The position numbers were made by a program, and so were the translations under genes. The notes under the pieces were generated by a model. It had not been told where the DNA came from and did no database searches. It saw only the letters and a list, made by a program, of their open reading frames with translations. A stretch of 23,776 nt of DNA from assembly GCA_021399395.1 (NCBI GenBank), contig JAAFKJ010000004.1, positions 1 to 23,776 on the forward strand, given 5' to 3'. Positions 1-8,233 of the stretch are shown piece by piece. This DNA is from Candidatus Heimdallarchaeota archaeon (GTDB taxonomy: Archaea; Asgardarchaeota; Heimdallarchaeia; Heimdallarchaeales; Heimdallarchaeaceae). Each line of letters starts with the position of its first letter. Position 1 is the first letter of the stretch.

Positions 1-494
1 ATCTTCATGGTAATCTCTTTGATTTGTTCCCATGAATATTCTTTGCGCATTGGTTTGACATCATCCGGCCATTTCTCAGGTAGAATTAATCTCTGAAGGA
101 ATGGATGATTCTCGAAATAAACTCCGTAGAAATCATAAATTTCTCTTTCATAATATTCGGCTGCAACAAAAAAGTCCGCCATACTTGGAGACTTTGGATT
201 TTTCTTATCAACTTTTGTAACAATGAAGTTTATTGGTACTTCTCTAAACTCCTCTTCTATTCTGTGTTGAATATGATAACAAATGTTGAATCCATCTTCC
301 TTTTCAACACCACTTATAGTTGAAAGGTGATATATACCCGCTTCCTCATTAAGAATTTTCATAAGATTATAAGCATTTTTAGCATTGCAAAGAATGTCAA
401 AATGCCCTTCTTCAACCTTAATTACTTCCTCAACGAGTTTTTCTGGTAAACTTACATCTAAAATACTTTCTAGTTCTTTGAGTTCTGCGCTCAT
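1..494 (-). CDS. NuoC/MbhK/EchD-family (complex I 30-kDa-like) subunit, probably of a group 4 membrane-bound [NiFe]-hydrogenase; 3' end runs off the window
   Basis: Translated by hand from ATG at 494 (MSAELKELESIL...). Carries the family motif AAEYYEREIYDFYGVYFENHPFLQRLILPEKWPDDVKPMRK. GAGG SD-like site and TTTTTATAA TATA-like box (~534-545) upstream. Near hypC/hypD/hycI. Confidence 0.88.
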   Translation of the reverse strand, partial: MSAELKELESILDVSLPEKLVEEVIKVEEGHFDILCNAKNAYNLMKILNEEAGIYHLSTISGVEKEDGFNICYHIQHRIEEEFREVPINFIVTKVDKKNPKSPSMADFFVAAEYYEREIYDFYGVYFENHPFLQRLILPEKWPDDVKPMRKEYSWEQIKEITMK

Positions 495-610
495 AAGAAG
501 TCCTCACTTAGCATTTTATTTATTCTCTAAATAGTTATAAAAAAAGGTTGTGTTGTATAGGTGTGAATTTTATAGAGAAACACTTGTTTATATTAATCAT
601 TGTTGAAGTA

Positions 611-1294
611 TTAATCTTTGATGAAAATATAATCATTCCCTTTGAATTTCTCAGGGATTTCCTGAAGATGCCACCCCCTAACTTGTAAAGCCAGAAGATT
701 ACCTATCATCCATGGTGTTATACTATGCTCTCCACATCTGAAATTCTCTTCGGAGATCCAAGACCCATCCTTCTCTTTCAGTTCTAACCATTGATTGATA
801 GAAAGAAAACGTCCTGTATACCTTACTCCGTAAGATCTTTCTAATAACTCAGGAATTGATTTAACTAATGTTTGAGCTATTTCTTCATCATCTTTCTCTT
901 GGCAATCTGCAATTGTATTCAAAACTGCAGTTTTAGTATCAAAATTATCTGATATTCTTGGTTTTACAGGATTGAAATACTCAAACGAAGGATTAATTGC
1001 ATTTTCTTCGCAAAGAAAGACCCTTTCTGTAATAATTCTAAACTTAAAACCTCTTGTGATGAGAACGAATATGTATGCAATATCGATATTATTCAGTCTG
1101 TATTTTCTTCTAAGTAATTTTATTCCCTCACTTACACCTATCTTGCTTTTTGCTTCACCACTGCATTCATGGTCATCCAAAATTTCAGGGATTGAACGCT
1201 TTAGATTTGTTAAGAAATACTGGTTTGGCTTATTTGAAAAATCAATGAAATTTCTTAATATCTGGGCATTAGCATCCTTTTCTCTGAGCACCAT
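611..1294 (-). CDS. hypothetical protein with two internally duplicated ~90-aa domains
   Basis: 227-aa ORF. SIPE(I/L)L(D/E) and RG(F/W) blocks each occur twice. TATA-like TTAAATATA lies ~25-33 nt upstream of the ATG. Confidence 0.7.
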   Translation of the reverse strand: MVLREKDANAQILRNFIDFSNKPNQYFLTNLKRSIPEILDDHECSGEAKSKIGVSEGIKLLRRKYRLNNIDIAYIFVLITRGFKFRIITERVFLCEENAINPSFEYFNPVKPRISDNFDTKTAVLNTIADCQEKDDEEIAQTLVKSIPELLERSYGVRYTGRFLSINQWLELKEKDGSWISEENFRCGEHSITPWMIGNLLALQVRGWHLQEIPEKFKGNDYIFIKD

Positions 1295-1372
1295 ACTAAT
1301 AAAATATACTAAAACTAATATATTTAACTTATTCGTTATTCTTCGATAGAAACAAGCAAAGACTAAAGGGAA

Positions 1373-1594
1373 TTATGGATTCAATATTTCATCCCAAAGT
1401 TTCAGATCTTCTTTTGCTTGCTCTGAATCTAATTTAGAAATGATAAAACCTGTATGGACAAGTACGTAATCTCCAATTTCCAAAGGTTCTTCCAGTAATG
1501 AAGTGTCTGCTTCTCTTCTAACACCTGTAATATCTACCATGACTCTTTTGTCACTCAAAATTTCACAGATCAAACCTGGGATTGCTAAACACAT
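1373..1594 (-). CDS. hypC: [NiFe]-hydrogenase maturation chaperone HypC/HupF
   Basis: N-terminal MCLAIPG and GDYVLVHTGF motifs. Start moved to the ATG at 1594 so that Cys is residue 2, with a GGTGG SD upstream. Confidence 0.96.
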   Translation of the reverse strand: MCLAIPGLICEILSDKRVMVDITGVRREADTSLLEEPLEIGDYVLVHTGFIISKLDSEQAKEDLKLWDEILNP

Positions 1595-1643
1595 CTTAAC
1601 CACCTTTTTCTTATCAGTTAATTAACTCTTTTCATTAAGCAAT

Positions 1644-2747
1644 TTATTCTTCCCAAATTATCTCTTCATAAGTGGCTGCTACATTACATGTACCTTCATG
1701 ACTAACCATACATGCACCAATAGGATAATCTGGTCTACAAGTTTTATTGAAAAGCTTACATTGATGTGGTTTTGATTTTCCAATTAATATCTCGTCGCAT
1801 ATACATCCACCTTGGAGATCAATTGAATTCAATTCAGGAATATTATATTTCTTCTTAGCATCTATGTGACTATATTTTTCGCTTATTTCATGACCTGTAT
1901 TAGGCCAAGTTCCCAATCCTCTCCACCTTGCATCTGAAACAACATATGCTTCATTCAAAGCTTTAACTGCTGCAACATTGCCTTCATATTTGACATATCT
2001 CTTATAATCATTGGAGACATGAGGATTGTTTTCCTTAATCTGCTTCAGTAACGAATAGATGCCTAAAAGGATGTCAACAGGTTCAAACCCAGCTACAGAA
2101 ACGGGAAATCCATAATCTTTGGCAATGAAATCATAGGGTTGAGCTCCAATAATTGTTGAAACATGTCCTGGAGCAAGAAAACCTTGAAATTCTAAATCAT
2201 CACGTTGAACTAATAATTCCATTGCGGGTGGTACAAGTTTATGAGAAGAATAAATACTGAAATTTGGTTGTTTAGTACGAATGACTTCTGCAGCTGTTAC
2301 ACAAGAAGTAGTTTCAAACCCCACACTGAAGAAAATTACTTCTCTCTCTGGGTTTTGTTCAGCGAGTTTAATAGCATCAGAAACACCATAGACAATATGA
2401 ACATCAACACCTCTTCCTTGAGCTTGATAGAGAGATTCTTTAGAACCAGGAACACGCATCATGTCACCAAAGGTGGTAATGATAACATTATGATTGTCAG
2501 CAACCCAAAGAATTTCATCAACATCTTGAGCACTAGAAACACAAACAGGACATCCAGGTCCAGCTATCAAATCAATCTCTTTAGGTAATAATGAACGTAA
2601 TCCAGCTTTTACTAAATCATGTTCATGGGTTCCACAAACATGCATAATTCGAACTTTATCTTCTATCTCATTTGTTATCTGCTTTATCTTTCTTATTAAA
2701 GCATCAACAATCTCCTTATCTCTGTACTTTGAAGTTGGCCCTGACAT
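1644..2747 (-). CDS. hypD: [NiFe]-hydrogenase maturation protein HypD
   Basis: HVCGTHE, GPGCPVC, GFETT, PGHVS and GFEP motifs, plus the C-terminal Fe-S Cys cluster (CIC...C...C...GACMVSHEGTC). Confidence 0.97.
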   Translation of the reverse strand: MSGPTSKYRDKEIVDALIRKIKQITNEIEDKVRIMHVCGTHEHDLVKAGLRSLLPKEIDLIAGPGCPVCVSSAQDVDEILWVADNHNVIITTFGDMMRVPGSKESLYQAQGRGVDVHIVYGVSDAIKLAEQNPEREVIFFSVGFETTSCVTAAEVIRTKQPNFSIYSSHKLVPPAMELLVQRDDLEFQGFLAPGHVSTIIGAQPYDFIAKDYGFPVSVAGFEPVDILLGIYSLLKQIKENNPHVSNDYKRYVKYEGNVAAVKALNEAYVVSDARWRGLGTWPNTGHEISEKYSHIDAKKKYNIPELNSIDLQGGCICDEILIGKSKPHQCKLFNKTCRPDYPIGACMVSHEGTCNVAATYEEIIWEE

Positions 2748-2860
2748 TCTCGGATCTCTCTGAAGTTCTATAATTCTCTGCTCGAAATTATAATTAAATA
2801 GCTTCTTCTCTTAGACAAAAATAATGATACTCGTACTTCTAATTGAACATACTTTTTTTT

Positions 2861-3028
2861 CTAGTAAATTCCATAGGCTCTATCAAGTTCTCTAAGAAGT
2901 GCTGCTACTTCAGGGTCAGTACTAACAATCCCTGCTTGTTCTAAGGTTTTACTAAGGTATTTTATATCAAAAGTTGCAATTGCTTCATGATAAGTTTGTT
3001 TGATGAATTCTTTAGTTTGTTCATCCAT
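2861..3028 (-). CDS. small hypothetical protein (55 aa)
   Basis: ATG 3028 to TAG 2861: MDEQTKEFIKQTYHEAIATFDIKYLSKTLEQAGIVSTDPEVAALLRELDRAYGIY. AGAGGT SD just upstream. Fills an otherwise empty gap and is below the ORF-track size cutoff. Confidence 0.65.
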   Translation of the reverse strand: MDEQTKEFIKQTYHEAIATFDIKYLSKTLEQAGIVSTDPEVAALLRELDRAYGIY

Positions 3029-3132
3029 TTTAGTACCTCTAATTTAATCTAGAAGAAATGCAACAAATATATCTATTTTACTTTCTTACAAGTTTTGACT
3101 AGGTTTAAATAATGGGTGGAAAAGAAGAGGAT

Positions 3133-3681
3133 ATGAAAATACTTGTGACCTATTTTAGTCAAACTGGAAACACAAAGCAAATCGCTGAAGCTATTCATGA
3201 AGTAACATCACAAAGCAATGATTCATTTCTGAGAGACTTTAACGAAATTACAGTTAGTGAACTAGATGACTATGATTTGGTTTTTCTAGGATCAGCTTGT
3301 CATCATGCTAATTTAGCTCCACCAGTACTGAAGTTTATTGAAACTATGCCTTCTTCACCTAACTTCAAGCTTGCAGGTTTCGTGACTCATGCAACCTATC
3401 CTCCTGAAGGTTCCGAATATCATGCTGAGATGTTCGAGAAGTGGGGAAGTCTATGTGCTAAAACCTATGAAAAACTTCAAAATGAGAAAAACATTGATTA
3501 TAAAGGTTATTTCAGATGTATGGGTATTCCATCGAAACCAATTGAACAATTCATAAATCAACAGATAATTCCTGATGAGGAAGAATGGGCTGAATATATT
3601 GCAGTAATAGTAAAACATCCTGATGTATCAGATATTGAAAATGCGAAAAAATTTGCAAAAGAAATTCTTGATAAATGCTAG
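3133..3681 (+). CDS. flavodoxin-family protein
   Basis: MKILVTYFSQTGNTKQIAEAI FMN-phosphate loop, DLVFLGS, C-terminal HPDxxDIENAKKFA. ATG 3133 (GAGGA upstream) is preferred over 3112. Confidence 0.88.
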   Translation: MKILVTYFSQTGNTKQIAEAIHEVTSQSNDSFLRDFNEITVSELDDYDLVFLGSACHHANLAPPVLKFIETMPSSPNFKLAGFVTHATYPPEGSEYHAEMFEKWGSLCAKTYEKLQNEKNIDYKGYFRCMGIPSKPIEQFINQQIIPDEEEWAEYIAVIVKHPDVSDIENAKKFAKEILDKC

Positions 3682-3781
3682 GTTCACTAAATCAATGAAA
3701 ATTCTTAGTAGAAATTAATCCTTCGAAATGTTTATCAGTCAGAAATTAAGCTATTTTCTTTGATACTTGAAGGGTTAACAA

Positions 3782-4288
3782 ATGAAATTAAGGGATTATA
3801 TCCTCGTAACAATAACTTGGGTTTCTTTATTCACGCAAATCATTCTAACATTCGTTTTATGGGATAATTATTATGATATCTATGCTCTAGTTATTGTTGG
3901 ATATGTCTTTTGGGGACTTTCAATTATTTTTGGTGTCATTCCAATATTCTCATTTAGAAAAAGAGGTGGTGTTCCAAAAAAATCCAGTTATATTCATACT
4001 ACTGAACTGGTTGATTCTGGAATATATGCAATAGTTAGACACCCTCAATTTTTTGCAGGCATACTTTGGAGCATGGCAATAGTATTTATCTCTCAACATT
4101 GGGTAGTGGATGTTTTATTAATACCAGTTGTCGTTACCACATATCTTGATACTTTGAGGGCTAATAAGGATTTGATTGAGAAGTTTGGCGAAGATTATGT
4201 AAAGTATATGAAAACAGTACCGGGCTTAAATGCTTTTTGGGGTATTATGTTACTAGTTTTCCGAAAAATAAAGAGAGACAAGAAATGA
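3782..4288 (+). CDS. ICMT/Ste14/PEMT-family integral-membrane methyltransferase-like protein
   Basis: About four hydrophobic helices. LVDSGIYAIVRHPQF and LIEKFGEDYVKYMKTVP motifs. Confidence 0.85.
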   Translation: MKLRDYILVTITWVSLFTQIILTFVLWDNYYDIYALVIVGYVFWGLSIIFGVIPIFSFRKRGGVPKKSSYIHTTELVDSGIYAIVRHPQFFAGILWSMAIVFISQHWVVDVLLIPVVVTTYLDTLRANKDLIEKFGEDYVKYMKTVPGLNAFWGIMLLVFRKIKRDKK

Positions 4289-4309
4289 TACATATCAAAT
4301 GATATGGTG

Positions 4310-5296
4310 TCACTTCTTTTGAAATTCCTCAGGGATATATACGGCAAATTTACATTCTAACGCACCAGTAAGTGGTGTTTCAATAGGTTCTACTTTGACT
4401 GGTTGATCAAAAATTATGTCCCAATATTGTTTGAAAAAACCAGCACTACAGTTACAGAAATTAGGTGAAATATTTTTCTCTTCTCCTTTCTTAATCGCTC
4501 CTCTAACCCAAGCACAATAACAACTATAATATCTTTTCATCTTTTCATCATCCGTATTAAGAAAACTTCCCATTTGATAAGGTATTTTTGTTACAATAAT
4601 TCTATCTCCTTCTCTTATGCCTGGAGTCATAGTACTACTATTTTTCACGTAATTTACAACGTCTTCAGTAACGTACTGTGCATATTCTAAAGTACCTTCT
4701 TCAGCATGTTTTTCTAATCTTTGAACAAATTCATCTTTCTTGGTTTGTAGAAATTCATCTATATCACCAATTTTCAAAAAATCTTCTCTATCCTTCTGAA
4801 TTGGTTCGATGGGGCGTCCATGCAAACAAGGAGCAAGAAGTTCTACAGTTTTTTCTTCACCTAAAATCTCTTCAAGTCTTTTCATAACTAGTTGTGTTGT
4901 TTTTGGTTTCTTATCGGGATCTACCCCTAAAGGAGGAAGAACTATACTTTCAAAGATTTTATCTCGTATATTCTCCCCATGTTTTTCAGCTACTCTGAGA
5001 TATAAATTATCCATTGCATTATGGGCTTCTACGATGTCAATTAGTTCAATGACATAATCATATTTCTTAATGAAATTTGCATAGTTAAACAATGCGCGAA
5101 TAAAATTCAAAACGTTATCTTGATTTGTTTCAACCAATCCTTCTGTATATTCTAAGATTTTACCTTTTGGAATTGATTTTATATCAATACTTTCCTTCTC
5201 AAAATAGTCCTTAAATTCTTCTAACAGTTTTAGGAAAATTTGAATCTGTTCTTCCTGAACTTCTTTTTGTACTAAATAATCCTCAAATGATTCCAT
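4310..5296 (-). CDS. hypothetical protein with C-terminal Cys-rich domain (DUF6144/V4R-like)
   Basis: 328-aa ORF with PCLHG, SCYCAW, FCNCSAGF and ECKFAV motifs. Family assignment is from recalled motif similarity only. Confidence 0.6.
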   Translation of the reverse strand: MESFEDYLVQKEVQEEQIQIFLKLLEEFKDYFEKESIDIKSIPKGKILEYTEGLVETNQDNVLNFIRALFNYANFIKKYDYVIELIDIVEAHNAMDNLYLRVAEKHGENIRDKIFESIVLPPLGVDPDKKPKTTQLVMKRLEEILGEEKTVELLAPCLHGRPIEPIQKDREDFLKIGDIDEFLQTKKDEFVQRLEKHAEEGTLEYAQYVTEDVVNYVKNSSTMTPGIREGDRIIVTKIPYQMGSFLNTDDEKMKRYYSCYCAWVRGAIKKGEEKNISPNFCNCSAGFFKQYWDIIFDQPVKVEPIETPLTGALECKFAVYIPEEFQKK

Positions 5297-5393
5297 GTAA
5301 TTGTTTCTTGTTTTACAGACAGTTATATATTCTCTGTTTAGATTTCAAAAATAGAAATAAAAAATGAAAACAAGACAGAATTGGTTTTCTTTC

Positions 5394-6155
5394 TTATCTT
5401 CTTTTTCTCTTGAACTTAACTTTAGACACAATTACACCTAGGACAAATATCCCTGATAAAACACCAATTGTTGATATTGGTAGTCCTGTTGTGTTAGTGT
5501 CATCGTCGTCTGGTATCTCGCATTCATTGTCGAATTCATCAACCCAGCCAGAATTGGGGGCTATATCTTCTAGTGTACTTAGTGTGCTTGCTCTAGCCAC
5601 TCCTTGAATAACATAACCTTTTCCAAGTGGTTGTTCTCTGTAAATTGCACCATTTATATCGAAAGTTATATTATAACCTGAAACAACTGCAATATCCAAA
5701 TCTGGGATTATATCTTCCCAACTGTTACCATCCCAGTAAAATGTTCCTTCTACCTTGTCACTTCCATCAGATGTGAGATAATAACGATATGCTAGGATAT
5801 AAGAGGTATTTAGCCATTGATCACCATTCCATCTACAATCGAAATGAGCTCTATATTCGAATACTTCTTCACTCCAATTTGTTGTATCTGGATAGGTATC
5901 ATGCATACTTGTGTCAATCAAGATGTTGTAATGTCTCCATGTATTTGCTCCGCTGTCATTAAAATACGGATTCTCGTTCAAGGTGATTGTTAAAGATTCT
6001 TTATAAATTGATAATTTGGTGATATCAAAATAGGTGGCAGAAGCGTCACCAACAGTATCTAAACTCCAACCAGCATATGTTGGTTTTGAATGAAGTATGC
6101 TTAAAAGAAATATCATAATTGTAAGTGTAGAAATGATAATACTTCGTCTTTTCAT
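5394..6155 (-). CDS. secreted, C-terminally membrane-anchored (cell-surface) hypothetical protein
   Basis: N-terminal MKRR plus hydrophobic signal. Asp/Thr linker, C-terminal TM helix, basic tail KVKFKRKRR. Several NxS/T sequons. Confidence 0.75.
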   Translation of the reverse strand: MKRRSIIISTLTIMIFLLSILHSKPTYAGWSLDTVGDASATYFDITKLSIYKESLTITLNENPYFNDSGANTWRHYNILIDTSMHDTYPDTTNWSEEVFEYRAHFDCRWNGDQWLNTSYILAYRYYLTSDGSDKVEGTFYWDGNSWEDIIPDLDIAVVSGYNITFDINGAIYREQPLGKGYVIQGVARASTLSTLEDIAPNSGWVDEFDNECEIPDDDDTNTTGLPISTIGVLSGIFVLGVIVSKVKFKRKRR

Positions 6156-6220
6156 AGTATATTATTCATCTTTTTGTTAAAAAACCTAACTTAAACTGCA
6201 ATGCCCTTTTTTCCCGGGAT

Positions 6221-6760
6221 TTAGTCTTTCTTCTCGTTAGCAAGTTTTATCCTTTCAATAAGTAATTCAGCAAATTCCTCTCCTGCTTCAATGCATTCTT
6301 CAGAAAGAGGAGTTTGAAAGTATAATTGTTTGGGTTGTATCCCTACATAAAGTGTAGATAAATCTGGAATTTCAGGTTTCAGAAACTCTTCTAGCATTGT
6401 TACAGAGAGTGTGTGAGTTGATAAGTGAAAACCACTTGAGACTGCTTCTTTGGGAAATATTCCTATGGCACCAGGAATTTCTTTCATGTCAGCAGCATCT
6501 AACAATATTATCCTATTGGGACCGAAATTTCTTATTTTTCCAAGAAAATGTTCTGGCACTCTTTCACAATAGAAATTCATCACCCATTCTGGCAAATCTT
6601 CTCTCTGCAGGATTTTCAGGATATGTAACCCAACGGCGTCATCACCATTATCTTCATTTCCTATACCAAGTATCGCTAGCTTTACTGCACCAGCTAGAAA
6701 ATCATCTATGGCCTTTACAAATTCTTCAGTAAATGGTTCAACAACCTTCTTACTATTCAT
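6221..6760 (-). CDS. hycI: hydrogenase maturation endopeptidase, HycI type
   Basis: LGIGNEDNGDDAVG, ILLDAAD, STH and GIQP motifs of peptidase family A31. Confidence 0.9.
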   Translation of the reverse strand: MNSKKVVEPFTEEFVKAIDDFLAGAVKLAILGIGNEDNGDDAVGLHILKILQREDLPEWVMNFYCERVPEHFLGKIRNFGPNRIILLDAADMKEIPGAIGIFPKEAVSSGFHLSTHTLSVTMLEEFLKPEIPDLSTLYVGIQPKQLYFQTPLSEECIEAGEEFAELLIERIKLANEKKD

Positions 6761-6826
6761 TTGATTGAAATTTCTTAGTTGCTTGATAAATTCTTCTTTT
6801 GAAGTAAAAAGTTAGAACAAGTTGCT

Positions 6827-7705
6827 CTACTCCGTTAAATCCCCCAAAAATTCGAGAACAGCTCTACTACACTCCTCCGGATAGAATAACCATACATATG
6901 CATGCATTCCTCCTTTGATGTGAACAATTTTACTTTCAGAGAGTAAAGATCTGAAGTGTTCCAAGGCAGATTTGAATTTCTCGTTTTTCCAGTTTTCTTC
7001 ACCTGGAAGAAACAACACTGGTGCTTTGATATTTTTGTAGTAATCTTCAAATCGAATGGTCCAGTAGTTCTCCATATAACTCTCGCTTACCCAGAGGGGC
7101 ACAGTTCCTGTATATTTTCCATCAAGAGTTTCATATATCTCATATTCTGCCATAGTTTTCACATGTTCATTCCAAAAACCTCGAGGTTCATAGGCTTCCT
7201 TCAGTTTTTGCATTATTTCTTCAGGAGAATCATAGAAAACTTGGGATGACCTTATCCTCTCTATCATTTGTTCTTTCTCTTTCTTCCTCTCTTCTTCAGA
7301 GGGGTCACTTAAACCGTAAGGATCGTAAGCATTGTTCATAGCACTACCTTCAACAACTACGGATAGAACTTTTTCAGGATATCTTGCTGCTATACTTACA
7401 GATAGTTCAGCACCCAAAGAACTCCCAACAAAGTGAGCTTGCTCTATTTTCATTTTATCCATTAATAGAACAATATCATCTGCCATAGTATCCAAGTTAT
7501 AGTCTGTTTTTGGTTTATCAGAAAGCCCATGACCTCTGTAATCAATAAGGATTAACCTATATTTGTTTTTGAGAAAAGGTACTATCCCATTCCACATCGC
7601 AAGAGATGAGAACCCAAAGTGTAGTAAAATGATAATTTCACCATCACAGGGATAATCGTTATAATGTAAATTTATACCATTGACTTCTATATAGTTATCA
7701 ATCAT
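6827..7705 (-). CDS. alpha/beta hydrolase fold protein (292 aa)
   Basis: LLHFGFSS, IDYRGHGLS, nucleophile elbow GSSLG, C-terminal His (GGMH). True start taken as ATG 7705 (MIDNYIEVNG). The ORF-track extension to 8026 is antisense to the SRP RNA. Confidence 0.9.
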   Translation of the reverse strand: MIDNYIEVNGINLHYNDYPCDGEIIILLHFGFSSLAMWNGIVPFLKNKYRLILIDYRGHGLSDKPKTDYNLDTMADDIVLLMDKMKIEQAHFVGSSLGAELSVSIAARYPEKVLSVVVEGSAMNNAYDPYGLSDPSEEERKKEKEQMIERIRSSQVFYDSPEEIMQKLKEAYEPRGFWNEHVKTMAEYEIYETLDGKYTGTVPLWVSESYMENYWTIRFEDYYKNIKAPVLFLPGEENWKNEKFKSALEHFRSLLSESKIVHIKGGMHAYVWLFYPEECSRAVLEFLGDLTE

Positions 7706-7792
7706 GTTAGAACCCTTCTTTATATTGCAAAGCACGAGAACTGAAATTTGAACCATTAAATACCTATAGTTTAACTGACCCAAAATAGCAAT

Positions 7793-7802
7793 GTTTAAAA
7801 TA
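7793..7802 (+). promoter_or_regulatory. TATA box of the SRP RNA gene
   Basis: TTTAAAA at 7794-7800, about 25 nt upstream of the predicted RNA 5' end. Confidence 0.6.
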
Positions 7803-7823
7803 GTCTGACTCCTTTTTGCAATT

Positions 7824-8163
7824 ACGAAACTGAGTCGATAGCAACGACTAGCCGGGGACCTAGGGCGTCCTTGTACCAGAAGCGCTCTATATGCTGGGGT
7901 GAACTCTGTTGTTGAGGCTTCGTTGAAGTTGATACGCCTTATTCGGAAAGCGTCGAAGCGTCGACCCGTTGGACTGTATATTTCAGAGGCGGTTTCGGAG
8001 GAAATCGTCAGAAAGGATAAGATCAAAATGGGCCAGGCACGGAAGTGAGAAGCTCTAAGATCGATATGTGGTGCTTGCGGTCATCGGCGTGGAGCTTATG
8101 AGTAAGAAACGGCTTCTGATGCGTTGTCGAACTTCAGGTCGCTATGTTCGGCTCAGTTGTCGT
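7824..8163 (+). ncRNA. ffs: archaeal signal recognition particle (7S) RNA with Alu and S domains
   Basis: GC-rich island. Helix 1 pairs ACGA-AACTGAGTCGA (7824-7838) with TCGGCTCAGTT-G-TCGT (8148-8163). Alu domain has a UGUA turn (7872) and loop-loop pairing TAGGGCG(7861-67)/CGCTCTA(7883-89). Helix 6 is GGCGGTTTC-GGAG-GAAATCGTC (7988-8009). Helix 8 is GGGC-CAGG-CAC-GGAA-GTG-AGAA-GCTC (8030-8055). Confidence 0.95.
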
Positions 8164-8233
8164 CTATTTCTTACGAAAAATCTATTAACTATTATTATAT
8201 GTGGTGATATTTACTACTGTAAGATGTGTTATC

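Noticed and set aside
105-323. Short ORF-track calls overlapping real genes (e.g. 105-323, 972-1349, 2241-2588, 23210-23425, 23454-23636)
   Set aside because: Antisense or out-of-frame to well-supported genes (NuoC-like, hypD, tyrS and others) with no protein-like motifs.
7706-8026. 107-aa N-terminal extension of the alpha/beta hydrolase in the ORF track
   Set aside because: It is largely the antisense of the SRP RNA and its promoter, and starts at a TTG. The hydrolase fold begins at ATG 7705.
7824-8163. GC-rich island as possible foreign DNA, RNase P RNA or a novel ncRNA
   Set aside because: Fully explained by SRP RNA helices 1-8. The RNase P hallmark GAGGAAAGUCC is absent.
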